From Eledone cirrhosa (taxonomy: Eukaryota): a stretch of DNA of 64,000 bases. The stretch's first letter is position 1. Each line of letters begins with the position of its first letter. The notes beneath the pieces were generated by a model, which saw only the letters and a program-made list of their open reading frames with translations, searched no databases and was not told the DNA's origin. Location of the stretch: positions 119,040,001 to 119,104,000 of the forward strand of contig OZ024741.1 of the NCBI GenBank assembly GCA_964016885.1. The letters are read 5' to 3'. The position numbers and the translations under genes are program-made. Positions 14,380 to 26,769 of this stretch are shown one piece after another.

Positions 14380-14530
14380 ATGTAAAGGTAAACAGAAATA
14401 ACAAAAATAACAAAACAAATGGCACAGTACATGGAAGGAATATATTAGTTTAACGCTTGAAATAGCAGGAAGAGAGTCTTACCGTTTCAGACGCTACTCC
14501 ATCATCAGAAGAAAGAATGAGAAATTAAAG
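14380..14530 (-). mobile_element. PLE pLTR-like short element with degenerate HHR (14477-14512), same family as 2571-2708
   Basis: Reverse complement TCTT-CTGATGA-TGGAGTAGCGTCT-GAAA-CG-GT-AAGA followed by the same downstream tail. Confidence 0.7.
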
Positions 14531-15484
14531 AAGAAATAGAAACATTAAGGGGACGGGCAGGCCGGATTTGAAAAAATATGTTTAAAGAAAAATAACAGGT
14601 CCACATATATATATTGAGGTCGATTCTTCCTCTATAGAAAAAATCGGCCGTGTTCAAACCTGGAGAGGGTTGGGCTCCACCAGGTTTAAATGTGCCCTAG
14701 ACACGCCGTTTGACGGTGCCTCTACGACTCAAGAAGGAATTATAAGATCTTTATCCTTATCCTATACACACACATACACCCCCCCCCACATATATATATA
14801 TATATATATATAACACATATATATATATATAATATAATATATATATATATATACAGTTACAATTTGCTTACAAACCAAACATTTAAGAGTTCAAAGTATT
14901 TAATTACTGAAACATATATATATATACATATGTGTGTGTGTGTGTATGTGTGTGTGTGCGTGTGTGTGTGTGCGCGCGCGTGTGTGTGTGTGTATGTGAT
15001 ATACCACACAACAAATCATTTTATATAGACCATGAGTGTCATCAGAGTTTAATTAAAATACCAATACAAATCACTCAGGAAAAAAGAGCAGATGATATAA
15101 ATCACTCATCTAAGTATCAAGATAAAAGATTAGTTTCAAATATAGTTAAAAAAACATCGTAGTTAGAAAAATATAGTGTGAGTTGTGTTAAGAGTTGTTT
15201 CCTAGAATGCATGATAGTATCAATGCATGGAACTAAAATACACCTAGTAACTGAGTAAAATTTACTCTCATTAACAATACAATTATATATATATACATAT
15301 ATATATGCATATATATATCTGTGCATGAGCACACATATATATTCGTATACATATATATTCATATACATATACATATATATATACATGTATATATATATGT
15401 CTGTGTGTGTGTGTGTGTGTACGCATACATATATATATATATATATACATATGTATATCATTGCTTTAATAAAACTCACCTCCT

Positions 15485-15563
<79 letters not shown>

Positions 15564-15622
15564 TACATATATGCATACATTTACATGTATACATATATAT
15601 ATATACATATAAATACATACAT

Positions 15623-15683
<61 letters not shown>

Positions 15684-16045
15684 CACACATACACGCACGC
15701 ACACTCAATTGCAGCTATTGTTTGCCAAGGCCTCATACAACGACTTCGATCACCACAGATATGCACGAATGCACAAAATGAACCCTCGGTGCATTATTTA
15801 TAGAGAAAGCAATGTGTTCCTGTTAAACAGTCACATGCATATAAATGTGCACGTGTTTCAACTCCTATATACTCTTCGCCCTTGAGAAATATCCTTCGCT
15901 TTGCATCAAACGTTCTTGCGTACTACACATTTGCATGTGTGTGATAAGATAGATAGTGAATAGTTAGTGAATGTAACAGTTAGATAGATGGCTTACATAG
16001 ATACATAAGAACATTTATATATGTACAAACTCTCACACGCACACA

Positions 16046-16081
<36 letters not shown>

Positions 16082-16110
16082 ATATATACATCTATATATA
16101 TATTGTTATA

Positions 16111-16193
<83 letters not shown>

Positions 16194-16222
16194 TATAGAT
16201 ATAGATATTATAAGTATGTGTG

Positions 16223-16255
<33 letters not shown>

Positions 16256-16266
16256 TGTTATACACT

Positions 16267-16321
<55 letters not shown>

Positions 16322-16433
16322 TGGATATAGATATATATATATTATGTGTATGTTATAATTTGTGTGTGTGTGTGTGTGTGTAGGTAAAGTAAATAGATTG
16401 GTGGCTGATAGACAGAGAGAGAGAGAGAGAGAG

Positions 16434-16492
<59 letters not shown>

Positions 16493-16660
16493 AGAAGAGC
16501 TGTGATGGTGGAGTAACACGGAATCGGTGTAAAAGGTATGACAATGAATGTATATTTATAGCGATGCCAAGTTGGCCAGGTGAAAGTCAGCACGTGGTTT
16601 TTACATTATTAAAATATTCATTGGGATTCACAGCAGAGGAGAGAGAGAAAGTGAGAGAGA

Positions 16661-16794
<134 letters not shown>

Positions 16795-16854
16795 CTATCA
16801 CGAGGTTTTTGTGAGCTTTACTGAAAGTATAGACTTATCATAATATAACTGTGA

Positions 16855-17235
16855 AGGCGAGTGGCTTAGTGGTTAGGGGTTTTCATCTCATAAGCGCAAG
16901 GACGTAAGTTCCATTGGTCAAAGAGGAAGGTATATACTATTATAATGTAATGTAACTACGGTGAAGACTTAGTGGTTAGAGTGTTTGGTTCTCGATCGTA
17001 AGATAAAGTCGTGATTTTAATCCACTGCGGTGAGCTGTGTCCTTGAGCAAGACACTTTATTTCACGTTGTTACAGTCTAATCAGTTGACAAAAATAAGTT
17101 CTGCTTCTTATTAAAAGGACTATTCCTGTCATTCATGGTGTCATGCTGAATCTCCCTGATAACTATGTGAAGGATGTCCGTGTCTGTGGAATGCTCAGTC
17201 ACTTGCACGTAAAATTCACGAACAGTCAGCTCCGT
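16855..17235 (+). mobile_element. tRNA-derived CORE-type SINE (duplicated head)
   Basis: GGCGAGTGGCTTAGTGGTTAGGG A-box head; GTGTCCTTGAGCAAGACACTTTATTTCACG. Confidence 0.6.
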
Positions 17236-17552
17236 TCGTCAGATAAATGCAACACACATCGTCAAAATTGACAGAAGTCTAACAGCAGCAGTAGCAACAC
17301 TATAACGAACAGCATTGAACAGACAGACAGACACACAGACAGACGACTGATACACATGGATAACAATGAATCGCTCTTTCATACAAATAGTTGCGTATAG
17401 CCATACAGACAGACATGCATACACGTACGCGCTCATATACATTGGTACAGGCATTCATACACACAGATGTGCAGGCTAGCACACAGACACAAACACGCAA
17501 ACATACAGGCACGCTAATACAGTCAGTCAAACACATGCATGCATTTCGTTTG

Positions 17553-17617
<65 letters not shown>

Positions 17618-17621
17618 GTGT

Positions 17622-17677
<56 letters not shown>

Positions 17678-18005
17678 GTGAAAGGATAGCTCACATTTAT
17701 TGAAAACTAAAATAAAATACAACCGTGGTTATATTCGCATACGTATGTCTATAGGTATGTATGTGGGTCTTGGCCCCCACCCCCACACGCTGGACTATCT
17801 CCCGGCCCTCCTTACCCACCCTGATAAAACATTTTTCCGTCTTTTTTTTTCTCCAGTCTTCCAGCCTCCTCTTTCTCCGAACTGTGCTATTTCATGATGA
17901 AGGACTAAGGTCGATACGTCAAAACACTCTTTTTTCCTTTTTCAACAAGCGTGAAACTGATAAGAATTCATTTTTATTGTGTTCGTTAGTTTATTTTGAA
18001 CAATA

Positions 18006-18074
<69 letters not shown>

Positions 18075-18096
18075 GTATATATATCTATTATATCTA

Positions 18097-18167
<71 letters not shown>

Positions 18168-18382
18168 CGTTTCTGAATTTGTTTAGCAAGATTCTTTATC
18201 TGAAATCGTGTGTTGAAACCGATATTGTTATACTTTGGGAGGGTCATGTTGCCAATAAGAAACACACGCACCAGTTGCTTTCACTTCAATTTATTATAAT
18301 AAATTTATAAATTATAAATTTAGGAATTTATAAATTTTTGGTTGGTTGGTTGGTTCCACAACCAGATAGTTGTTTATATATT

Positions 18383-18425
18383 GTCAAAGTTCTTTCGTCA
18401 CACATTCTGTGACCTCTTCAGTGAC
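18383..18425 (-). ncRNA. pLTR hammerhead ribozyme
   Basis: GTCA-CTGAAGA-G-GTCAC agaatgt GTGAC-GAAA-GAAC-TT-TGAC. Confidence 0.8.
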
Positions 18426-19797
18426 TGGGGATTCTTTTCTTCTCTTTGTTTTTGTGCCTCTCCATTGTTCTGTCCTACGCCATTTAGTTTCTGTGTGTGT
18501 GTTGTGTGCTCAGTCTGCGCATGCACCACATCCGGGTGTCTGTGTGTGTTTATATTTGTTTATTTATTTGTTTATTTACATGTTACCGGTTGGTTGTTTG
18601 TTCTATGTGTGTGTGCGTTTTCATTTTGTCCTTAATTGAGTTGTGATGTTGCTGTTCCACTCATATTTTCTATTTAATTTTGGTTGTAATTCTTTTATGT
18701 TTATTGCCTCTGTGATTTGTCTAAACATTGCGTTTCGGACCATACCAAAATCAACATACTGATTGCGGATTTGGTACGGGTGATGAGAAACGTGTCCCGC
18801 ATGTGCAACCCCGAAGAACTAGAGAGACACACACAACACTTCATCCACCGTATGCAGTTCTCTGGTTACAATCAGAGAGATAGAATCAGAGTGTATAGAG
18901 GAGCCAGAACCAAATGGGAAAAAATGGTAAATAATGACACAAATGGGACCTGCCCCTTGTATAGGAGCAAATTTTGGAATAGAATAGAAAGAACTAGGAA
19001 TAAGGCTAATAGAATAAACTCATGGTATGATAGCAATAGATACCAGAGTGTAATGTTCATCGATACAACCCCTAGAGGTGAATTAGCTTACAAATTTAGA
19101 AGGGCCCTAGATAAACATAAACTCAATATTAAGATAGTAGAAAGACCAGCTACCTCCGTAAAAACAATTATTAGCAAGACATACCTTTTCCAAAGACCCC
19201 CCCCCCCTGTATAGATAAGAAATGTATAACCTGTAAAATAAGCCCCCATATTAACTGTAAAACTAGAAATGTAGTGTATAGCATAAGATGTACTGAAGGA
19301 CAATGTAGAGACAAAAATATAGTGTACATAGGTGAGACAGCTCGTAGTGTAGGGGAACAGATAAATGAACACTGGCGAGACCTTCAAGATAGTAAAGAAT
19401 CATCTGTACTCTACCAACATGCTAAAATAGAACATAAGGGTAAATTAGAGAACATAGAAATAAAAATAGAATCTACACACAGAAAAGACGCAATGTTTAG
19501 ACAAATCACAGAGGCAATAAACATAAAAGAATTACAACCAAAATTAAATAGAAAATATGAGTGGAACAGTAACATCACAACTTACAATTAAGGACAAAAT
19601 GAAAACACACACACACATAGAACAAACAACCAACCGGTAACATGTAAATAAACAAATAAATAAACAAATATAAACACACACAGACACCCGGATGTGGCGC
19701 ATGCGCAGACTGAGCACACAACACACACACAGAAACAAAATAGCGTAGGACAGAACAAAGGAGAGGCACAAAAACAAAGAGAAGAAAAGAATCCCCA

Positions 19798-19840
19798 GTC
19801 ACTGAAGAGGTCACAGAATGTGTGACGAAAGAACTTTGAC
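19798..19840 (+). ncRNA. pLTR hammerhead ribozyme
   Basis: Same motif on the plus strand, ~200 nt after the GIY-YIG stop. Confidence 0.8.
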
Positions 19841-19978
19841 AATATATAAACAACTATCTGGTTGTGGAACCAACCAACCAACCAGAAATTTATAAATTCC
19901 TAAATTTATTATAATAAATTGAAGTGAAAGCAACTGGTGCGTGTGTTTCTTATTGGCAACATGACCCTCCCAAAGTAT

Positions 19979-20056
<78 letters not shown>

Positions 20057-20058
<2 letters not shown>

Positions 20059-20257
20059 CGAAGGAAATGTGGTAAGGAACCAGGTGGACCATTACGCACC
20101 AAAGTACTCAATACTTGAGGTAGTAGAGTGGGTAATAGGAACCAGTAAGACCCCGACAGCTGAGCTCAAGCCGTTTCGACGGCTAATTCTGGACTTAGTC
20201 CAGAATTAGCCGTCGAAACGGCTTGAGCTCAGCTGTCGGGGGTCTTACTGGTTCCTA
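20057..20257. mobile_element. Family H fold-back element
   Basis: Near-perfect hairpin centred on GGACTTAGTCC (~20196); (TA)n flanks. Confidence 0.8.
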
Positions 20258-20276
20258 TATATATATATATATATAT

Positions 20277-21083
20277 AAAAAGTATGAATTCCTACATGTG
20301 TAAAAAATACATATAGGGAAACAAGTATTATCCAACCGTATGCCAATGTGGTTCTATGGTGGGTTAATAAACTAACAAGCCAGAACATATAAAATCAAGG
20401 TCTAGCAAATAGAGAAACAGTTTTAAAATAAATTTTTAAAATTTTGCAGTACTTACTATATGTGCCTTTACCGCGGTTTCATGCTCCAGAATAAACGGAA
20501 AATCCAAGCGGATTTCCATTGAGAAGGGAGCAATCTTCAGAAGGCTCTTCTCCCTCGGAGAATATAAAATTCCCGAGTTCAAATCACAAACTGACGCCAT
20601 ACAAATCCATTCCGAAATGAGAGCGAATGATGAAAGAAATAATTCTGTCTGGTGCCGTGTGCAAAGACAAAAGGCAGGGTGGACAGGTCAATGTCCTGCC
20701 ACTAGAAATAGCAGCAGTCCAAACGGCCAAAATTTTATCTCTACCTTAGTGGGAGATCAATAATAATAAAGAATGAATTCCTACGTGTAAAAAATACATA
20801 TAGGGAAACAAGTATTATCCAACCGTATGCCAATGTGGTTCTATGGCGGGTTAATAAATGAACAAGCCAGAACATATAAAATCAAGGTCTAGCAAATAGA
20901 GAAAAAGTTTTAAAATAAATTTTAAAAAATTCGCAGTACTTACTATATGTGCCTTTACAATGAAAATCCGCTTGGATTTTCCGTTTATTCTGGAGCATGA
21001 AACCGCGGTAAAGGCATATATAGTAAGTACTGCGAATTTTTTTTAATTTATTTTAAAACTTTTTCTCTATTTGCTAGACCCTG

Positions 21084-21088
<5 letters not shown>
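20277..21088 (-). mobile_element. ~488-bp retrozyme-like unit in partial tandem plus an inverted segment (family E)
   Basis: ATGAATTCCTAC at 20284 and 20773; inversion junction at ~20958; (TA)n flanks. Confidence 0.85.
20464..20545 (-). ncRNA. Type I hammerhead with large structured stem II insertion
   Basis: GCCTT-CTGAAGA-T-TGCTCC-[~44 nt with AATGGAAATCC gctt GGATTTTCCGTT hairpin]-GGAGCA-T-GAAA-CCGCGG-TA-AAGGC. Confidence 0.88.
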
Positions 21089-21121
<33 letters not shown>

Positions 21122-21126
<5 letters not shown>

Positions 21127-21309
21127 GTAGAACACTGGAAGGTAATATTCGTAGTGGTAGAGCACTCAGTCCATGGGACGAGTTAGGTAGAAGTGGTTAC
21201 ACAACAGTTAGTTCACCATACCGAGAACAATTGTTTCACCTTAGCGGATCCTTAGCTAAGATGAAACAATTGTTCTCGGTATGGTGAACTAACTGTTGCG
21301 TAACCACTT
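21122..21309. mobile_element. Family C fold-back element
   Basis: Reverse-complement match to 10601-10750; inversion junction within the HHR at ~21255. Confidence 0.8.
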
Positions 21310-21335
21310 ATATATATATATATATATATATATAT

Positions 21336-22479
21336 TTAACGAAGGGTATTTTTAATAATTTTAGATGGATATATGTGGTTATTAGAAATGATTATAACAT
21401 GGTTATTGTTGAAATAACAAAAATAAATGATTTAGTTTATATATAATGGTTTACTTCACTTCAATCAAAAAGTACAATAAAACAGTTACCAAGAGTTGCG
21501 AAGGTTGACAATGTTATTTTGTTGTTGATGTGAAAACAGCGAACGACCAGATTAAATTTGTTGGTGGTTAAAGTTTGTTGCAGTCCCTCGTAGTATTTCT
21601 CGTATACCTCTGAATGGTCTGTAGATGACTGTAGACCAGTGTGGCCTGTAGATAGCGGCGAATCTTTCACATAGCTTTTTGTAGGCGTAATGCTCCAATC
21701 GCTCTGTTTTTTTGTAGACCACTGGGGTCTGAAGGTCTGATTCTTAGAAGCGTGTCCCAAAACACACAAAATCTGGGTACTGCGCCCGCACTTCGAGTGT
21801 AGAGAAATTTGGAGAGAGAAAAAAAATCGTATAACTGTGTATGGTTGTGTGTAACAATTAGAAGGAACTGTAAAAATACAAAGTTGTGATCATGTATTTC
21901 GAACTGTTGTGTATGGATGGATGGACGTTGGGGTTACGGTATCGGATTACGATATGACAACACAGAGGACTATTTCTTCGATGTATCATCATACGTAAGA
22001 TTCTCTTATAGTGAGTCGAGGTTTACGCTATGACATGAGTGTGTGCAATTTTGAGTTGCGTGCTCAGTGAGTCGAGTGAGTAGAAACCGTGGGTTGATTA
22101 TCATGTGTTAAATACCTGTTGTCGAACTTCGACCAGTTGAATCTCGATGTATTATCATACGTAAGATTCTCTTCCAGTGAGTCGAGGTTTATGCTATGAC
22201 ATGAGTGTGTGCAATTTTGAGTTGCGTGCTCAGTGAGTCGAGCGAGTAGTAACCGTGGGTTGATTATCATGTGTTTAATAGCTTTTGCCGTACCTTGACC
22301 AGTTGAAACGTGATCCCGCAGAGACCCAACCGAATCCAGAATATACCATAGACAAAAACATGTTGGTGTGTGACAAAGAAAATGATGTGTGTTTGATGCA
22401 AAACGTGTTATTCATATAGGCATATAATACAGTAAAACGAATAAAAAAATTTTAAATGACATTCATATACAACCTGTAA

Positions 22480-22519
<40 letters not shown>

Positions 22520-23512
22520 ATTGTTCTTTACAAAAAGTTCAGTTCTCTCTTCTTTATGCGATAGTTGTCTTGCAAGGAAGCTAGTAGTATTGTTTGTTGT
22601 TGTTCTTGTTGGAGATTACGAAGCAAGTGGTGAATTGTTTGGTAATAGAAAGTTGTTGATATTGGCAAAAGAAGCCATGATCAGATCAAAAGGCTGCGTG
22701 GTTTTCTTTTTTTTTTTTAAATACCACTTCGTATTATTTTTAATTTTTTTTTAGTCACCAATTTAACGAAGGGTATTTTTAATAATTTTAGATGGATATA
22801 TGCGGTTATTAGAAATGATTATAACATGGTTATTGTTGAAATAACAAAAATAAATGATTTAGTTTATATATAATGGTTTACTTCACTTCGATCAAAAAGT
22901 ACAATAAAACAAGTTACCAAGAGTTGCGAAGGTTGACAATGTTATTTTGTTGTTGATGTGAAAACAGCGAACGACCAGATTAAATTTGTTGGTGGTTAAA
23001 GTTTGTTGCAGTCCCTCGTAGTATTTCTCGTCCTGAGTCTATGACCATAGTGAGAGAGAGAGAGAGAGAGTAATGGTTTGTATACCTCTGAATGGTCTGT
23101 AGATGACTGTAGACCAGTGTGGTCTGTAGATAGCGGCGAATCTTTCACATAGCTTGTTGTAGGCGTAATGCTCCGATCGCTTTGTTTTTCTATAGACCAC
23201 CGGGGTCTGAAGGTAGCGGTGAATCCTTCACATGGCTTGTCTGTATCGTAATACTCCGATGTCTCTGTGTTTCTGTAGACCTCAAGGGCCTGTGGGTAGC
23301 GGTGAATCTTTACATAGTTAGTTGCTAGCGTAATGCTCCGATCTTTCTGTGTCTAAGGTGGGAAAATATAGGCTTTATATACCTGTCGCTTCCTGTCTCC
23401 CACCTTGAGGGGATAGCCAACGCATCAACCTGTTCACACCAAAAGGGTGGTGACCTAGAATTTGACCTTTAGGTGTCACTCAAGGTTCAAGGCGTGGACA
23501 GATCTCGCTACA
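21336..23512. repeat. Unclassified interspersed element with a long internal direct duplication and internal tandem repeats
   Basis: 21336-21735 repeated at 22762-23213; ~166-bp tandem near 21980-22310; ~92-bp tandem near 23110-23355; (TA)n flanks. Confidence 0.6.
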
Positions 23513-23564
23513 TATATATATATATATGTGTTTTGTTCGTTCATTTTCAAATATATATATGTGT

Positions 23565-23659
23565 GTGTGTCCCAAAAATGTATACACACTTCAACAGCGT
23601 TCTAATAAATATTGCCTGTACAGGTAATCAAAGTGTGTATATATTTTGGGGTCACCCTG
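23565..23659. mobile_element. Tc1/mariner-type MITE
   Basis: GTGTCCCAAAAATGTATACACACTT ... AAGTGTGTATATATTTTGGGGTCACCCTG imperfect terminal inverted repeats. Confidence 0.6.
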
Positions 23660-23875
23660 AATATAGATTTGTTCTATCTATAGTACATATTTTTCCTTGG
23701 AGTATGTACTTTGTACATATACAAGATACTGTCTATTCTCATAAGATATATGGTTCTTTCTCTCTTTTTCTATATATACCCAATTTATTCATGTTCCTAT
23801 ACGTATATATATATATAACAGGTAAAAGGATGAGTAACATGGATAAGCGATATAATAGGGTTTTATTCCAAGCAT

Positions 23876-23935
23876 TAACATATGTTTCATCGCCTAATAA
23901 GCAATTAATTATGTCGTGAAATTGCCATCATCAAT
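23876..23935 (-). ncRNA. Degenerate hammerhead motif
   Basis: TTGATGA ... GAAA-CATATG-TT with palindromic stem III; C3 mutated, stem I weak. Confidence 0.4.
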
Positions 23936-24270
23936 AGTTGATTGGTTATTGTGAAATAAGATTTTAAATACACAAAACAATGCAGTCACTAGGTGAATTA
24001 TCAAAATATTGATCATGGATTTAGACTCACAGCGGTTTTATACCAAATAACATAAACATCAAAATGAAAAATAAAATAAACTGAGAGAAAATTATATACT
24101 TGAGCGGGTGGGGAAATACTAATCAAGGAACTTCCAGGCATCTACCCTCCGAAAAGCCTAACTAAGTAAGCATCTTGTTGAGTCAACTAGCACCGTACAC
24201 TGAAATATTCCTCGGTACAGATTACTCGTAACCTGAGCTTAGGTAACCTTAAACGATATCTCGTTTACTT

Positions 24271-24357
<87 letters not shown>

Positions 24358-24361
24358 TTAA

Positions 24362-24540
24362 TTTATTATGGCTATTGGTGAGCTTTGTTATTCTAAAGTT
24401 TCACCTGCGAAACTCACAGGATCTCTAGTCTTGTCTGGTGAGTACGCAGGTGAGATCCCAGAGTAACAAGGCTTTGCCATAATAAATGAATATTTAATTT
24501 CTACTTCGGTATTGAGTTTTCATTCTTATGTCCGTCAATA
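24362..24540. mobile_element. Old fold-back element with degenerate HHR (24430-24470 +); relative at 7680-7785 (-)
   Basis: CTTGT-CTGGTGA-GTACGCAGGT-GAGA-TCCCAGAG-TA-ACAAG; opposite arm keeps GAAA. Confidence 0.55.
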
Positions 24541-24724
24541 ACTCACGTACTCTCTTGAATAATCGTCCCCACCTCCCGCTTATTAATTTGTCAGATTTCC
24601 CACCCTCTATATCTAAGACTAATACACACTCTCACTCTCTATAAATATCTACACTTATCTCTCCCAATCCCCCTCTGTATATCAATCATCACTAAACTTT
24701 CATCCTCTCTATATCTACTACACG

Positions 24725-26217
24725 CCATTGGAGAGGCAAAACGATGCCCTCCGACGGCATCGTCGGACGCTGGACGGAGGGACCGGTAAAGCTGCTCGGG
24801 GTCTGGTTCGGACCGGACCTCCAGGTGGAGAAAAACTGGGACGAGGTAACGGGCAAGGTGTTTGCACTCGCCCAGAAGTGGGCCGAGTGCAAACTATCCC
24901 TGAAAGGTCGAGCGGAGGTGGCGAACGCTTATATAGCGTCCGTCATCTACTACCGCTTGACTGTCGTGCCTTGCCCAGAGAAAACACTCGCCAAAATGGA
25001 GCGCGCGCTCTTCCGATTTCTTTGGAAGAAGCGGGCTCCTTTGGTGAGAAGATCCATCTGCTGTCAACACCCTTCGAACGGAGGGCTGGGGTTGCCGTGG
25101 CTGACGATGCGTAGACACGCATTAAGGCTACGGCACCTCCAGGTATTCCTCACCGGTCAGCCGGTGTGGGCCCTGTTTGTGAGGCGAGCCTTTCCGAGAC
25201 TCGTCTCACTCACCGAGCTGCAATCCTGGGTCAAGCAAAGACCGAGAAAAGTAGGCGACTGGCATATTGAATGTGCCCAGGCGCTCACGGCCCTCTGGCA
25301 AGCGGATCCGGCAATCAGTGGAGACTCAACCTCAACATTCTATAGAGGGTTGGTGCGCAGTAAGTGCGACGACGCTCTCGGAGAGGCTCTGGGCATGGAG
25401 GAAGACGAGCTGGCCAGTCTGTTCGGTAGGACGTTTGGCCCGGGACCGATGGACAACTTCCAAAAGTCCCTGGCTTGGCAATGTTACCGAGGAGCTCTAC
25501 CCGTTCGGGACAAGCTCTACAGACACGGGCGCCCGGGTAGGGACCCCTCGAAGAAGATCTGTCCAAGATGCGTGCGTGACGAGGAAACCGTCGCACACGC
25601 ATTCGTACACTGCCCGGGCGTTGCTGACCTGTGGGGCTATGTAGAACGACTACTGTCGCGGGTGGGACCAATCCGGTTGACCACCGAGAACATTGTCAGA
25701 ATCAAACCGCCTCCCCCTTTCAAAAACGAAGGAGAGGCGGTTTTCCTCTGTGTGATAGCCATGGCGAAAGAAGTTGTATGGTGGACAAGGTTGAAAGGGC
25801 TGAGGTCAGACACCTTTCTCTCCGGCCAACAACTGGTCTTTTTTTTCAAGTACCACTTTAGAAGAATGATCAGAATGGAGAGAGAGGTGCTCTACCCCAG
25901 CAAGTTTTATGAAAGATGGGTGAAAGTAGCGAGAATGGCCCGAGTGAATGGGCCTTCTCTCTATATCAGCCTGTAGGTGAGAGAGGAGAAGAATGAGAAG
26001 AGGAAGGAAGCACCCGCTCTTTGTGCTCCTGAAGAGGAGGGTTGCACATTTTTTCGGGGGTGTGTGCGACCCATGTCAACGCCCCTCCCTATTGAGGACA
26101 TCGATTGTTAAATTTAATTTGTTATATGTTTTTTACACGTCTTTTTAAATGTATGTAAACTCCCCCCTTTGTATTTGTCCCAATCTTTGATGCCCTGGTG
26201 GCAAATAAATAGAAATA
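24725..26217 (+). mobile_element. 5'-truncated Tx1/L1-clade LINE with 15-bp TSD, inserted in a CT-rich minisatellite
   Basis: ORF 24744-25976 (VKLLGVWFGPDLQVEKNW...LSLKGRAEVANAYIASVIYY...CCHC); TSD TATATCTACTACACG at 24710-24724 and 26218-26232. Confidence 0.92.
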
Positions 26218-26650
26218 TATATCTACTACACGTCACTCTTCCATTATCCCTCTCTGTATATCTACTACACCCACCAAATTCTCCCCCTCTCTATATCTAC
26301 TACACGGTACTCTCTTCCATTCCCCCTCTCTATAACAATTAACACCAAGCCCTCCCCCTCTCTATATCTACTACACGGAAATCTCTCCCAACCCCACTCT
26401 CTATGTCAACCATACAACACTTTCTCTCATTACCTCTCACTCTATCTATCACTACAAAACTCTCCCCCTCTCTATATCTACAACACGGAACTCTCTTCAA
26501 ATTCCTCTCTCTATATCAATAAACTTTAATCTCTCCCTTTCTATATATCTAATATACAACATACTCTCCCAACCTTCCTCTCTGTATCAATTACCACCAA
26601 ACTCTCACCCTCTCTATATCTACATCTATCTATCCCATCCGTCTCTACAT
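26218..26650. repeat. CT-rich degenerate minisatellite (continues left of the LINE at ~24600-24724)
   Basis: Repeated CCCCTCTCTATATCTACTACACG units. Confidence 0.75.
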
Positions 26651-26769
26651 AACATGTATATAAATTGTAGCGCATATACCAATATTTCTACTTATAAATG
26701 TGCTTGCTTTTGATTGTTAAATATTCTTATTGTTAAATATTCTCATTGCATATCAGAACCTGAGGTACA

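Larger units (their letters stand above)
18165..19984. mobile_element. Penelope-like element, two 3' portions joined in inverted orientation (left arm 18165-18733 minus; right arm 18734-19984 plus), in (TA)n
   Basis: Frameshifted RT-thumb/GIY-YIG (NVVYSIRC...VYIGETARS...LNRKYEW); 18223-18733 is the reverse complement of 19488-19984; HHR in both arms. Confidence 0.9.

Noticed and set aside
18199-18226. Second, antisense hammerhead in the PLE tail (CTGAAATC...GAAACCG)
   Set aside because: The core is not CUGANGA and no stem II or stem I can form.
23031-23085. Intron present in one duplicate and absent from the other (minus-strand GT...polypyrimidine...AG)
   Set aside because: The shorter copy at ~21600 keeps GTATAC, so the loss is an AC-microhomology deletion rather than precise splicing.
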